Of a stretch of 64,000 nucleotides of DNA, positions 9,506 through 19,608 are shown one piece after another. This DNA comes from Candidatus Hydrogenedentota bacterium (GTDB taxonomy: Bacteria > Hydrogenedentota > Hydrogenedentia > Hydrogenedentales > SLHB01): the NCBI GenBank assembly GCA_963668025.2, contig CAXXTH010000009.1, positions 1-64,000 of the forward strand, in the 5' to 3' direction. The notes beneath the pieces are model-generated. The model worked only from the letters and a program-made list of their open reading frames with translations, did not search any database and was not told where the DNA came from. Position 1 is the first letter of the stretch; each line of letters opens with the position of its first letter. Position numbers and translations under genes: made by a program.

Positions 9506-9910
9506 ATGAAATGTCCGATAGACCACGAACCAATGCTTGCGCTGGAATGTGAGGCGGTGGAGATCGATTACTGCCCCGCCTGCGAGGGCGTCTGGCTCGA
9601 TGCGGGGGAACTCGAAATCCTGTTTGGCGACGCCCAGGCGGGTGCGGCCTATCTGCAATCCGCTGGGGAGCCCCATGCTGTTTTGGAGAAACCTCGGCGC
9701 TGTCCCATCTGCGGTGCGCGGATGGAAAAACGTTTATCCCCTGGCGAAACGTCCATTCTGTTCGACCGCTGCCCCCGGCTGCATGGCTTATGGCTGGATA
9801 AAGGCGAACTCGAGGCCATGCTTGCCCATGCCCCCGCCGCGAAAGCCCACAGCACCGTGGTAAAATTATTGCGCGGCATGTTCCATGAAGATAAGGAGCC
9901 ACGCGAATGA
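9506..9910 (+). CDS. Tandem zf-TFIIB zinc-ribbon protein
   Basis: Two repeats of CPxx...DxCPxxxG(V/L)WLDxGELE. Confidence 0.85.
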   Translation: MKCPIDHEPMLALECEAVEIDYCPACEGVWLDAGELEILFGDAQAGAAYLQSAGEPHAVLEKPRRCPICGARMEKRLSPGETSILFDRCPRLHGLWLDKGELEAMLAHAPAAKAHSTVVKLLRGMFHEDKEPRE

Positions 9911-10473
9911 GTTTTTTTGCGGCATTCATCCCGTTGGCCGGCTTGGTGTTGATGGCGTTGTTTTTGCTGATTGGATACTACAACCGGCTCGTGCAGCTCA
10001 CCAATCAGATGAAGAACGGCTGGTCGCAGATAGACGTCCAGCTCAAGCGCCGCCACGATCTTATCCCAAATCTCGTCGAAACCGTCAAAGGCTATATGAA
10101 ACACGAACGGGAAGTTTTGGAGATGGTTACAAAAGCCCGGAGCGTTGCTATGTCCGCCGAGGGCGTGGGCGCACAGGCGCAAGCAGAGACGCAGTTGTCG
10201 CGGGCCTTGGGCCAATTGCGGGTTACGCTCGAGAACTACCCGGAGCTCAAAGCCAGCCAGAATGCCCTCGCCCTGCAAGAAGAACTGGCCTCGACGGAAA
10301 ACAAAATCGCCTTCGCGCGGCAGTTTTACAATGATTCCGTGATGCATCTCAACACCAAGATCGAATCCTTCCCGAGTAATATGGTGGCGAGCCTGTTCCA
10401 TTTTAGAAATGCCGATTTCTTCAATATGGAAGACGCGGCGCGAGGGCCTGTCAAGGTGAGCTTGGATTCTTAA
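9907..10473 (+). CDS. lemA: LemA family protein
   Basis: YNRLV, WSQIDVQLKRRHDLIPNLVETVKGY, ENYPELKA, TENKIAFARQFYN. Confidence 0.95.
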   Translation: MSFFAAFIPLAGLVLMALFLLIGYYNRLVQLTNQMKNGWSQIDVQLKRRHDLIPNLVETVKGYMKHEREVLEMVTKARSVAMSAEGVGAQAQAETQLSRALGQLRVTLENYPELKASQNALALQEELASTENKIAFARQFYNDSVMHLNTKIESFPSNMVASLFHFRNADFFNMEDAARGPVKVSLDS

Positions 10474-10639
10474 GGGCGCAGTTCTGCCATTACCGCCCTT
10501 GTAAGCATGTATCATGCATACATACTCAAGAAATAACGCAAAACCACCTATCAGTCGTCCCCGGTAATGGGGATTTCCAAAAATGGAATTGGCAAGCCGA
10601 AGCAAGGAAATACTGGCGAGGCGCATAAAAGAATGTTCG

Positions 10640-10726
10640 AAAGCGGTAGCAAGCTACCGCACTCCATATGCAGTCTAACTACTTCTTATGCAAGTACTTG
10701 GAGTGCGGCAGCTTGCTGCCGCTTTA
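10640..10726. repeat. Inverted REP pair (GGAGTGCGGCAGCTTGCTGCCGCTTT family)
   Basis: AAAGCGGTAGCAAGCTACCGCACTCCA and TGGAGTGCGGCAGCTTGCTGCCGCTTT are near reverse complements, each palindromic. Confidence 0.75.
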
Positions 10727-11076
10727 GGCGTGCGGATTTCGTTTGAATGTGTATTCCGGCTCTGCGGCGATATAGATTCGTGCCCGGAGTATTTTTGGAA
10801 ATTCCCGGAAGTGCGGATCCAAGGAATTCACACTGGATTCACGCTTTCGCGGGAATGACTCGGGAAATTTTGATTTCCTCCGCGAGCTTGGGATAGGGTA
10901 CGAATTTACGGCCCGATGGCATGCCGCCGTCAAATGGACGCATCTCTCGAATGCCCATTTGTCGGATGCAAATGCCGGAGCGAACGCCGTGGGGAGCGCA
11001 CTCGGATATTCTTTCTAATCCATACGCGGGTTGTTTTCTACTCGAGCTGTCCGCGTCGCGAAGGTGGGGATGGCCT

Positions 11077-12075
11077 ATGAGCGGGGAACGCATTGTGCTT
11101 GCCCATGGGGGCGGCGGAGCGCTGTCGCACGAGCTTATTGAACAAGTGCTGCTGCCCGCGCTGGGAAAAACCGCTTCGGGCCTGCCTGACGCCGCGCCCA
11201 TTCCAGGAGCGGATGGCTTCGTATTCACCACGGACTCGTTTGTGGTCAAGCCCCTTTTTTTTCGGGGGGGCGACATCGGCAGTATGAGCGTTCACGGCAC
11301 GGTGAATGACTTGGCGGTATCTGGCGCCCAGCCCCTCGCGTTATCTCTAGCGTTGATCCTCGAAGAAGGCCTTGATTTGGACCTATTGCGCCGCGTTGTC
11401 GCTTCCGCCGCCCAGGCCGCGCGAGCGTGCGGCGCGTCCATCATTACAGGCGATACGAAAGTGGTGGCGCGGGGCGAGGCCGATGCATTATTTATTACTA
11501 CGGCCGGCGTGGGGCGGCGCATTATGGAGGTGAATCCGTGTGCGCTGCGGCCGGGTGATTGCCTGCTGCTGAGCGGCTCTATCGCCGAGCACGGCGTGGC
11601 GGTCATGAGCGAACGGGAAGGCATCGCCTTTCAAACGCGGATTCAATCGGATTCCGCGCCCGTATGGCCCTTCGTAAAAGCCTTATCGGACGCGGGTGTT
11701 GATGTGCATGCGATGCGGGATCCCACCCGTGGAGGCCTTGCGGCCTGTTGTGTGGAATTGGCGGCGGATTCCGGCGTGAGCATCGTCCTGGAAGAAGAGG
11801 CCATTCCCGTTCGGCCCGAGGTGCGCGCCGCATGTGAGATGCTGGGGCTTGATCCCCTCACCGTCGCTAATGAAGGCAAACTCGCCGCATTTATCCCGGA
11901 AGCATGCGCCGCTGCGGCCCTTGAGGCCGTGCGCTCCGTGCCGGGGGGTGAAAACGCCGCACTGGCTGGCCAGGTCGTTCCCGCCCGGCGCGTGCGGGTG
12001 TCACTGCGGACCCGTTTCGGTGGGGAGCGGGTGGTCGAGATGCCGTACGGAGAAGAATTGCCACGGATTTGTTAA
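11077..12075 (+). CDS. hypE: Hydrogenase maturation protein HypE
   Basis: LAHGGGG, FTTDSFVVKPLFFRGGDIG, GTVNDLA, MRDPTRGG, C-terminal PRIC. Confidence 0.97.
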   Translation: MSGERIVLAHGGGGALSHELIEQVLLPALGKTASGLPDAAPIPGADGFVFTTDSFVVKPLFFRGGDIGSMSVHGTVNDLAVSGAQPLALSLALILEEGLDLDLLRRVVASAAQAARACGASIITGDTKVVARGEADALFITTAGVGRRIMEVNPCALRPGDCLLLSGSIAEHGVAVMSEREGIAFQTRIQSDSAPVWPFVKALSDAGVDVHAMRDPTRGGLAACCVELAADSGVSIVLEEEAIPVRPEVRAACEMLGLDPLTVANEGKLAAFIPEACAAAALEAVRSVPGGENAALAGQVVPARRVRVSLRTRFGGERVVEMPYGEELPRIC

Positions 12076-12170
12076 GCGTTCGGAAAAACTTTAGAGGTCT
12101 GAAGCAGTAGCATCGGGCCGATTTTTGAAACGAGAATACATAATAAATCGCCATTGATAGGTTTATTTTT

Positions 12171-12315
12171 TTGACATGATTTACAAGATGTAACAAGATT
12201 TTTAAGATCTCTTGATTAAAAATCGCATTCGGGCATTTCATGGATGCACTTTCTTTTCTATGAAATCAGTTTAGCGTACTTGTCCAATCTTGTTCATCTT
12301 GTAAATCCTGTCTAA
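12171..12315. repeat. Inverted repeat of ~9-nt units (ACAAGATTT type)
   Basis: TTGACATGATTTACAAGATGTAACAAGATT (12171-12200) vs AATCTTGTTCATCTTGTAAATCCTGTCTAA (12286-12315); related copy at 31141-31259. Confidence 0.8.
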
Positions 12316-12372
12316 AAAAACTCCCACTTCAGTCTGCTAAAGTGTTACAACGTTCGGAGGTAAGGAGGCGCC

Positions 12373-13197
12373 ATGATTCGCCGAATGAAAAATCTGGTTC
12401 ATTTTCTGTTTTCCACTGCACAAGAATGGATGATGCGCGTGCGCACGCATGGATGGCGTTCCGGCATCGCGTTTTTACAGTGCCGCTGGGGCGATTTCTA
12501 TAACCGCCAAGCCCGCAAGATCATCCGGACGCCCCAAGTGGAATGCCCAGTCTGCGGCTGGCAGGGTTATGATTTCCTCATGCTCGATTGCGGCAACTTC
12601 TCCGTGCCCCATGTCGAGTGCCTCTCGTGCCGCAGCCATGAGCGGCATCGCCTGCTTCATGTATACCTTACTCGGGTGCATCCCGAATTGCTCGATGGAG
12701 TGTTATCCGTTCTCCATTTCGCACCGGAATCCCATGTGCGCCAAATCCTGGATCAGCGCCCGGGCGTCCGCACGTATTCCACCGATTATGCCCCGTGGAT
12801 GCTCGCGCCGTATACAGGTACTGCGTTCCGGGCAGATTTGATGCACATGCCGATCCCGGACGCCAGCTTCGACAGGATTTTTTGCCTCCACGTGCTCGAG
12901 CATGTGCCCGATGATCGCGTTGGCATCCATGAACTCCATCGTATGCTGAAACCAGGGGGAAAGGCATTCATCATGGTCCCGTTCATGATGGGATGGGAAA
13001 GCTCCGTCGAATTCGACGAACCGGATGTCCAGCAGTTTTATCATGTACGCGGTTACTCACCTAATGACTTTCATACCCGCCTTGAACCATTCGCCTACGA
13101 AGCCGTGACGCCCCGCTCCTTTTTGTCTGAATCGGAACTCCGCCGATACCGCATTCCTCACGACAGCCAAGTGTTGTTCCTCTGCACGAAATCATGA
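12373..13197 (+). CDS. Class I SAM-dependent methyltransferase with N-terminal CxxC pairs
   Basis: CPVCG...CLSCRSHERHR, VLHFAPE, FDRIFCLHVLEHV, RMLKPGG. Confidence 0.85.
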   Translation: MIRRMKNLVHFLFSTAQEWMMRVRTHGWRSGIAFLQCRWGDFYNRQARKIIRTPQVECPVCGWQGYDFLMLDCGNFSVPHVECLSCRSHERHRLLHVYLTRVHPELLDGVLSVLHFAPESHVRQILDQRPGVRTYSTDYAPWMLAPYTGTAFRADLMHMPIPDASFDRIFCLHVLEHVPDDRVGIHELHRMLKPGGKAFIMVPFMMGWESSVEFDEPDVQQFYHVRGYSPNDFHTRLEPFAYEAVTPRSFLSESELRRYRIPHDSQVLFLCTKS

Positions 13198-13205
13198 AAA
13201 TATCT

Positions 13206-13283
13206 CCCGTAGCATGGGTGTCCCGCCCATGTAAGCGTAGGCTTTCCTGCGTTTATCATGGGCGGGACGCCCATGCTACGGGA
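13206..13283. repeat. Inverted pair of GTAG REP family B (CCCGTAGCATGGGCGTCNCGCCCATG)
   Basis: Head-to-head copies forming a long hairpin; further copies at ~51130-51155 and ~63710-63786. Confidence 0.85.
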
Positions 13284-13412
13284 GATTCAAAAAAAACAGT
13301 CAATCATCACGAAAGTGCTCCATCGCCCGTCTATCTCGCCAGAGATCCTTTCTGGAACGATTACGTCCGGTGATGGTACAGTGTGCATACACATTGATGG
13401 GGAGGTGTTTAC

Positions 13413-13832
13413 ATGAGTCTTGATGATTGCCGGATCATTAATTTGCCGAAGATTTCTGATCCGCGGGGAAACCTCACGTTTCTCGAGGGCATGCGTCATA
13501 TTCCGTTCGAGATCAAGCGTGTTTTCTATCTCTACGATGTGCCTGGCGGCGAATCGCGCGCGGGCCATGCCCTCAAAACATGTGAGCAATTCGTCATCGC
13601 CATGTCGGGCTCATTCGATCTCGTCCTGGACGATGGCGTGGACCGCAAGCGCTTCCATTTGAACCGCTCCTACTATGGCATCTATCTGCCGCCGCTCATT
13701 TGGCGTGAGATTGACAATTTTTCGAGCGGCTCCGTCTGCACCGTCATGGCCAGCGAGCCGTATAATGAAGATAGCTATTATCGGGAATACAGCCATTTTC
13801 TCGCCGCCCGGCGGAACCAGGCAGATTCATGA
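13413..13832 (+). CDS. fdtA: FdtA/QdtA (WxcM-like) sugar 3,4-ketoisomerase, cupin fold
   Basis: DPRGNLTFLE, IPFEIKRVFYLYDVP, RAGHA, WREIDNFS. Confidence 0.85.
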   Translation: MSLDDCRIINLPKISDPRGNLTFLEGMRHIPFEIKRVFYLYDVPGGESRAGHALKTCEQFVIAMSGSFDLVLDDGVDRKRFHLNRSYYGIYLPPLIWREIDNFSSGSVCTVMASEPYNEDSYYREYSHFLAARRNQADS

Positions 13833-14929
13833 ACATACCATTTCTCGATCTGAAAAGCACCTGGCTCGAATTGCAGCCCGAACTAGAAGCGGCCTTCCGG
13901 CGCGTCATGGATTCCGGGTGGTACATTCTCGGAGCGGAAGTCGAGGCCTTAGAGGAGGAATTCGCCGCTTATTGCGGGGCCAGGCATTGCATTGGCGTGG
14001 CCAATGGCCTAGAAGCGCTGAAACTGATGTTGATGGCGAATGGCATCGGGCCTGGCGCCGAGGTCATTGTACCCGCCAACACCTATATCGCCACGTGGCT
14101 CGCCATATCTCATACCGGTGCTGTTCCGGTTCCCGTTGAGCCTGCTCCGCGCACCTACAACCTTGATCCGGAACGCATCGCCCAAGCGATAACGCCCCAT
14201 ACGCGCGCCATCATGCCCGTGCATCTGTATGGGCAGCCCGCCGACATGGAGCCTATCCGCGCGCTGGCGCGCGCTCATGGGCTGCTCGTTCTAGCCGACG
14301 CCGCGCAGGCCCATGGCGCATGCTGCCACGGACGGCCTATCGCGTCTTTCGCGGACGCCACGGGCTTCAGTTTTTATCCTGGCAAAAACCTGGGGGCGTA
14401 TGGCGACGCGGGGGCCGTGGTGACGGATAACGACGCCATGGCCGATCAGGTCCGCGTGCTTCGGAATTATGGCTCCCGAACCAAGTATGAGAACGAGGTG
14501 CGCGGGATCAACTCCCGCCTCGATCCCCTACAAGCCGCTTTCTTGCGCGTGAAGCTGGCCTATTTGGACGCCTGGAACGAGCGCCGCCGTGTTATCGCGG
14601 CGCGCTATGCGGAAGCTTTGGCCGATGTGCCAGATTTGGCTCTTCCCTATACGCCGGATTGGGCGGAGCCGGTGTGGCATCTGTACGTAGTGCGCCATCC
14701 CCGCCGAGACCTGTTGCGGCAACACTTGCAGGATGCGGGCATCGGCTCCTTGGTCCATTATCCCATTCCGCCCCATCGCGCCCCGGCGTATGCGGATCAG
14801 GGATATGCGGCTGGCGCGTTTCCTATCACGGAGCAATTGGCCGCCACCGTGCTTAGCCTTCCAATGGGGCCGCATCTTTCCCAAGAAGAGGCCTGCCATG
14901 TCATCGACGCCCTGCGGTGTTTTGCGTAA
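13829..14929 (+). CDS. fdtB: DegT/DnrJ/EryC1/StrS PLP aminotransferase (FdtB-like)
   Basis: VHLYGQ, DAAQAHG, SFYPGKNLGAYGDAG, NSRLDPLQAA; ATGA overlap with fdtA. Confidence 0.88.
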   Translation: MNIPFLDLKSTWLELQPELEAAFRRVMDSGWYILGAEVEALEEEFAAYCGARHCIGVANGLEALKLMLMANGIGPGAEVIVPANTYIATWLAISHTGAVPVPVEPAPRTYNLDPERIAQAITPHTRAIMPVHLYGQPADMEPIRALARAHGLLVLADAAQAHGACCHGRPIASFADATGFSFYPGKNLGAYGDAGAVVTDNDAMADQVRVLRNYGSRTKYENEVRGINSRLDPLQAAFLRVKLAYLDAWNERRRVIAARYAEALADVPDLALPYTPDWAEPVWHLYVVRHPRRDLLRQHLQDAGIGSLVHYPIPPHRAPAYADQGYAAGAFPITEQLAATVLSLPMGPHLSQEEACHVIDALRCFA

Positions 14930-15122
14930 ACACACGGCGGCGATATTCACTCTCTAGAGAGCAAAAGGTGTTGGCATAACATCGTGTGAGACCTGCGCTC
15001 ACGCTGGCCATCCCTTGCCCGCGTGAGATGCATTTTACTTGACTCACGCTTCTGATTTCGCTACGGTGCCGCCGGTGGTTTGCAAGGCCGGGCATGGCGG
15101 GCGTATTGCGCCCAGGAAAGGT

Positions 15123-15824
15123 ATGGCCATGCGGTTACACTATGTACAACACGTTCCATTTGAGGATCTCGCCCTGATCGCGCCTTGGGCGCAAGAACGC
15201 GGATTTGAATTCTCGCACACCCGGTTGTTTGATGGCGAATCGTTGCCGAAAGTGTCGGAAGTGGACTGGCTCGTGATCATGGGCGGGCTGATGAGCGTCA
15301 ACGATGAAACCAAGTATCCTTGGCTGGTGCGCGAAAAAGCTTTCATTCGTGAAGCTATCGATGCGGGGCGCACGGTGCTGGGCATATGCCTGGGCGGGCA
15401 GTTGATCGCCAATGCCCTTGGGGCGTCTGTCAATCGCAATGCCCATAAAGAAATTGGCTGGCATCCGGTTTCCCTCACGGACGCCGCTTCCAAATCCCCG
15501 GTCTTCCGCACGTTTCCAGAGACCTTCCTGTCATTTCATTGGCATGGCGATACGTTCGATATCCCGGAAGGCGCTATCCATTGCGCCCAAAGCGGATGCT
15601 GCGCCAATCAAGCGTTTACATATGGGAGCCGGGTCGTAGGGCTGCAATTCCACCTCGAATATGCCCGTGACAGCATCGAGAAGATGCTGGCCCATTGCGC
15701 CCACGAGCTGGTTCCTGGGCCATTTATCCAGGATGCGGAGGTGATTCGCGCGCAATATCACCGTATCCCCATGGCCCATGAGCTGCTGCGTGGCATATTG
15801 GAAAACCTGTTTGAAACCTGCTAG
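15123..15824 (+). CDS. Class I glutamine amidotransferase-like protein
   Basis: QHVPFE, LGICLGGQL (catalytic Cys), HWHGDTF, LQFHLE. Confidence 0.92.
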   Translation: MAMRLHYVQHVPFEDLALIAPWAQERGFEFSHTRLFDGESLPKVSEVDWLVIMGGLMSVNDETKYPWLVREKAFIREAIDAGRTVLGICLGGQLIANALGASVNRNAHKEIGWHPVSLTDAASKSPVFRTFPETFLSFHWHGDTFDIPEGAIHCAQSGCCANQAFTYGSRVVGLQFHLEYARDSIEKMLAHCAHELVPGPFIQDAEVIRAQYHRIPMAHELLRGILENLFETC

Positions 15825-15839
15825 AAAACCTACCATAGA

Positions 15840-17291
15840 TTAAAGGACCGCAGGACGGGCCAATCGGCCTGTGCGGATCACGGTGTTGGCATAGTATTGA
15901 TACCGGGCCCGCATGGCTTCGAGCGCCGGGCTCGCGGAGGGCTCGCTGGCCCGGTTGATGTTTTCCGAAGGATCCGACTTCAAGTCGAAGAGCTCCTCAT
16001 ACACCGGAGATTCCTCGATATAGCGCACATACGCCCATTGCCCGCTGCGGACGCCTTGGCAATCGGGAAAGCCGGGTGCGTCATAATAATGCTCGAAGAA
16101 CCAGTCGTCGCGCCAAGGGGGCGACTCGTTTCGCAAGAGCGGAACGAGGCTTTGGCCGTCCATTTGGGGCGCGGGCGCTCCCGCCAAATCGAGCAGGGTG
16201 GGGGCCAAGTCGATATTCAGGCTCATGCGGCTCTCGCGGCGGCCTCGGCATGATTCCGGCAGCCGGGGATCCCAGATGAGCAGCGGCGTACGGATGGCCT
16301 CTTCATATATGAGATGTTTGTCTGAAAGGCCTTTCTCCCCCAGGAAGTAGCCATTATCGGATGTATACATGATCACGGTATCTTGCGCCATGCCGCTCAG
16401 CCGCAAGGAACGCATGATGCGGCCAACTCCCGCGTCCACGCCCGCCACCAAGCGGTAATAATCTTTCACCGTGCGTTCGTAGTTTTCTGGTGTATCGAAG
16501 CGGTTGCTCCAGCGCCGCCGCATTTCGGAGTTACGCACGAAGGACGGGAGCGCTTCGTAATGGGCGGGCGTGGCCGTGGGCGGCAATGGGATATCGGCAT
16601 CTTGATACAAGCTGGCCAGGCGGGGATCGGGTTGGAATGGATTTCCGGCATCTCTGCCTACATGGGGCGCTTTGAAATTCACGGTAAGGCAGAAGGGCCG
16701 GGGATCATCCATCTCGATAAACTCGATGGCGCGGTCCGCCAGATGGGCGGTTAAATGAAATTCCTGCAGGCCGTCTTCGGATTTATACAAAAAATAATCC
16801 GGGTCATACCATCCCCACCAGTAATCACATAAGGCCTTAATGTCATCGACATTGCCGAGATGGAGCTTTCCCAAGAAACCAATCCGGTATCCCGCATTGC
16901 GAAGGACATTTATATAGGTTTTCTGGACTAATGAAGGCTCAAGATTTTGCCCCCCGCTGATAATGCCGTGATGGCTGGCATATAGGCCGGTATAAATGCT
17001 CGCCCGGGAGGACATGCATAAGGGCGTCGTACAAAAATTGTTTTCGAATAGCACGCCGTCTTGCGCAAGCGCATCGAGATGCGGCGTCTGGAGAATGCCA
17101 TTACCCGCCGCGCCTAAGGCGTCGGCGCGCTGATCATCCGTCACAAACAGGAGCAGATTGGGCGGCTTGCTACTCGGAAAGGCCGTTTTACGCGCACGTT
17201 GGGCATGCTTACGGGCGGTGCAGCCCCCAGACGCCAGGACGAAACCACCTGCTGTAGCAATCGCTCCCGAGAGAAAATCTCTGCGATTCAT
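15840..17291 (-). CDS. Tat-exported, probably lipoprotein, type I sulfatase
   Basis: MNRRDFL Tat motif, lipobox-like ASGGC, FVTDDQ, CMSSRASIYTG, GKLHLG, YTSDNG. Confidence 0.93.
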   Translation of the reverse strand: MNRRDFLSGAIATAGGFVLASGGCTARKHAQRARKTAFPSSKPPNLLLFVTDDQRADALGAAGNGILQTPHLDALAQDGVLFENNFCTTPLCMSSRASIYTGLYASHHGIISGGQNLEPSLVQKTYINVLRNAGYRIGFLGKLHLGNVDDIKALCDYWWGWYDPDYFLYKSEDGLQEFHLTAHLADRAIEFIEMDDPRPFCLTVNFKAPHVGRDAGNPFQPDPRLASLYQDADIPLPPTATPAHYEALPSFVRNSEMRRRWSNRFDTPENYERTVKDYYRLVAGVDAGVGRIMRSLRLSGMAQDTVIMYTSDNGYFLGEKGLSDKHLIYEEAIRTPLLIWDPRLPESCRGRRESRMSLNIDLAPTLLDLAGAPAPQMDGQSLVPLLRNESPPWRDDWFFEHYYDAPGFPDCQGVRSGQWAYVRYIEESPVYEELFDLKSDPSENINRASEPSASPALEAMRARYQYYANTVIRTGRLARPAVL

Positions 17292-17525
17292 ATCATCAAC
17301 TCCTTGTCCCTGTGCTTTATCCTACACCGAGTTGAAGCGTTTTACTGAAAGGCACTGTACTGCACGTCGGATAAAAAATCAAATATGTACCGCATAAAGA
17401 TTAAATATAAATCTATTTTTGATTTTATACCCTTATTTCTTTTGAAACAAATAAGGCTCCGCTCGAATGATTGAGAACCCAAATCAATCGTGCTTTTTTA
17501 ACATGGCGGATAACCAGTTTTTTTT
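17069..17525. repeat. ~457-bp direct repeat, copy 1 (sulfatase 5' end plus upstream region)
   Basis: Aligns with 19273-19729 from GCGCATCGAGATGCGG to AACATGGCGGATAACC(A/G)GTTTTT. Confidence 0.95.
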
Positions 17526-17763
17526 CAGGAGTACCCCAAAAATGGGGGTTTATAACCGCAACTAATTGTATTGAATAGAGTTACCCGTCTATAGAAGAGT
17601 CCTTGTCGAATTTTGGGGGATCTCTCGTAAAATGTTACCTCTTCTCTAAAACAATTAATTCTGGTATAATTGTTGCTATCTGGGGTTTCCTTCCTAGTGG
17701 GGCAAGCGGTATCCAAGTTACATGGACCATAGGCATATGGCCCAACAGGGAAAAGGGGCTACA

Positions 17764-19239
17764 ATGCGTACAGTCATCGCGATGGTCATACTCTTGGTGG
17801 CGTTGTCATGCCTGGGCTTATCGGCTCAGGCGGCCATAGGCAGGGGGTACTCCCAAGCCTTTGAACTTGACACCATGGACTCGGATGGAGATGGCATCCT
17901 CGATAGTATCGAAGGGGATGGCGACCCTGACCAGGACGGGACTCCAAATTACCTCGACACGGATTCCGATGATGACGGCGTGCCGGATGAAGTGGAACGC
18001 ACCACCGGAACCGATCCCTACGATGCGCAGGATTTTCTTGTCCTGCCTACTTATTGGATGGGTGTGGGGTTGGCGCTGCTGCTGGCCGGATTCATTGTTC
18101 TCCGGAAGTGCGCACATGCACATACAGGGCTTGGCAGGCTTTTTCCGCTATTGCTCATTCTCGTTTTCATGGCAGGCGTGGCGATAGCGCAGGAACCGAG
18201 CGTGACAGATGTGACCATGACACAGCGAACGGGTTTGGAAGTGGGCGTCTATGATATTTCCTACAACCTGAGCCATCCATCGAGTTTGCCATGCACGGTA
18301 TCCGTGCTGTTGTCCACGGACAATGGAGTCACCTACCCGAAAACACTCACGGCAGTGACAGGGGATGTGGGGGAAGGCATCACGGCGGGAGAGGGCAAAC
18401 ACATCGTGTGGCGCGCGATAGAGGACACGCCAAACACCCAAGCATCTCAATCGATTATCCAGGTGTTGGCGGATGATGGAGAAAGCACCGACCCGGAACC
18501 GGGCCAAACAGAGACGACGATGCTGCCTGGTGATGTGCCCCTCGTGATGGTGTGGATCCCTGGGGGGACATTCCAGATGGGCCGGTACCCGGGCGAGCAA
18601 GATAGTTGGGATTCGGAAGATCCGCAGCATTCCGTGACGGTGCCGGGCTTCTGGATGGCGAAATACGAGCTGACGAAGGCGCAATGGCAAGTGGTGATGG
18701 GCACGACGCCGTGGGCGGGACATGATTTGGTGTTGAACGATCCGGCCAGCCCTGCGGTATATGTGTCATGGGATGACGCGAAGGCGTTCATCACGGCGCT
18801 GAACGGCTTGACGGGTAAGACCTTCCGGCTGCCGTCCGAGGCAGAATGGGAGTATGCGTGCCGTGCAGGCACAACGACGCGTTTCTACTGGGGGGATGAC
18901 CTGAGCTACACGCAGATTGGGAATTATGCCTGGTATTGGGGAAACCGCTTATCAGGGCTATACGCCCATGAGGTGGGCCAGAAGCTGCCGAACGCTTGGG
19001 GATTGTATGATATGAGCGGGAACGAGTGGGAGTGGTGCGAAGACGACTATCATGGGAACTATACGGGCGCGCCATCGAATGGAGCTGCCTGGGTGGATTC
19101 GCCGAGGGCCGTGGACCGAGTGGTCCGGGGCGGCATGTGGTACGGCTACGGCAACATCTGCCGTTCAGCGATTCACAGCAGCTACTACCCGGGCAATAGT
19201 TACTACGACCTCGGGTTCCGGCTGGCCTCAGTTCGTTAG
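17764..19239 (+). CDS. Secreted/membrane protein with Asp-rich Ca-binding repeats and a C-terminal FGE-sulfatase (C-type-lectin fold) domain; probable DGR-type target
   Basis: Signal peptide; DSDGDG repeats; two internal hydrophobic helices; [47 protein letters not shown]...LGFRLA. Confidence 0.88.
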   Translation: MRTVIAMVILLVALSCLGLSAQAAIGRGYSQAFELDTMDSDGDGILDSIEGDGDPDQDGTPNYLDTDSDDDGVPDEVERTTGTDPYDAQDFLVLPTYWMGVGLALLLAGFIVLRKCAHAHTGLGRLFPLLLILVFMAGVAIAQEPSVTDVTMTQRTGLEVGVYDISYNLSHPSSLPCTVSVLLSTDNGVTYPKTLTAVTGDVGEGITAGEGKHIVWRAIEDTPNTQASQSIIQVLADDGESTDPEPGQTETTMLPGDVPLVMVWIPGGTFQMGRYPGEQDSWDSEDPQHSVTVPGFWMAKYELTKAQWQVVMGTTPWAGHDLVLNDPASPAVYVSWDDAKAFITALNGLTGKTFRLPSEAEWEYACRAGTTTRFYWGDDLSYTQIGNYAWYWGNRLSGLYAHEVGQKLPNAWGLYDMSGNEWEWCEDDYHGNYTGAPSNGAAWVDSPRAVDRVVRGGMWYGYGNICRSAIHSSYYPGNSYYDLGFRLASVR

Positions 19240-19272
19240 TTCCTGTCAAGCCAGGTCAAGCAGGTAACAGGG

Positions 19273-19495
19273 GCGCATCGAGATGCGGCGTCTGGAGAAT
19301 GCCATTACCCGCCGCGCCTAAGGCGTCGGCGCGCTGATCATCCGTCACAAACAGGAGCAGATTGGGCGGCTTGCTACTCGGAAAGGCCGTTTTGCGCGCA
19401 CGTTGGGCATGCTTGCTGGCGGCGCAGCCCCCAGACGCCAGGGCAAAACCACCTGCGGTGGCAATCGTCCCCGAGAGAAAATCTCTGCGATTCAT
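19273..19495 (-). pseudogene. Duplicated 5' fragment (~74 codons) of the sulfatase gene
   Basis: MNRRDFLSGTIATAGG...GNGILQTPHLDA nearly identical to the protein starting at 17291, then breaks at the repeat boundary. Confidence 0.9.
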
Positions 19496-19608
19496 ATCAT
19501 CAACTCCTTGTCCGTACGCTTTATCCTGCACTGAGTCGAAGCACTTTACTGAGAGGCACTGTACTGCACGGCGGAGGAAAAATCAAATATGCAATGTATT
19601 TAGTTTAA

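Noticed and set aside
17764-19239. A true formylglycine-generating enzyme activating the adjacent sulfatase
   Set aside because: The catalytic CxxxxC pair after RGGS is absent ([14 protein letters not shown] has one Cys), and the protein is exported with extra domains
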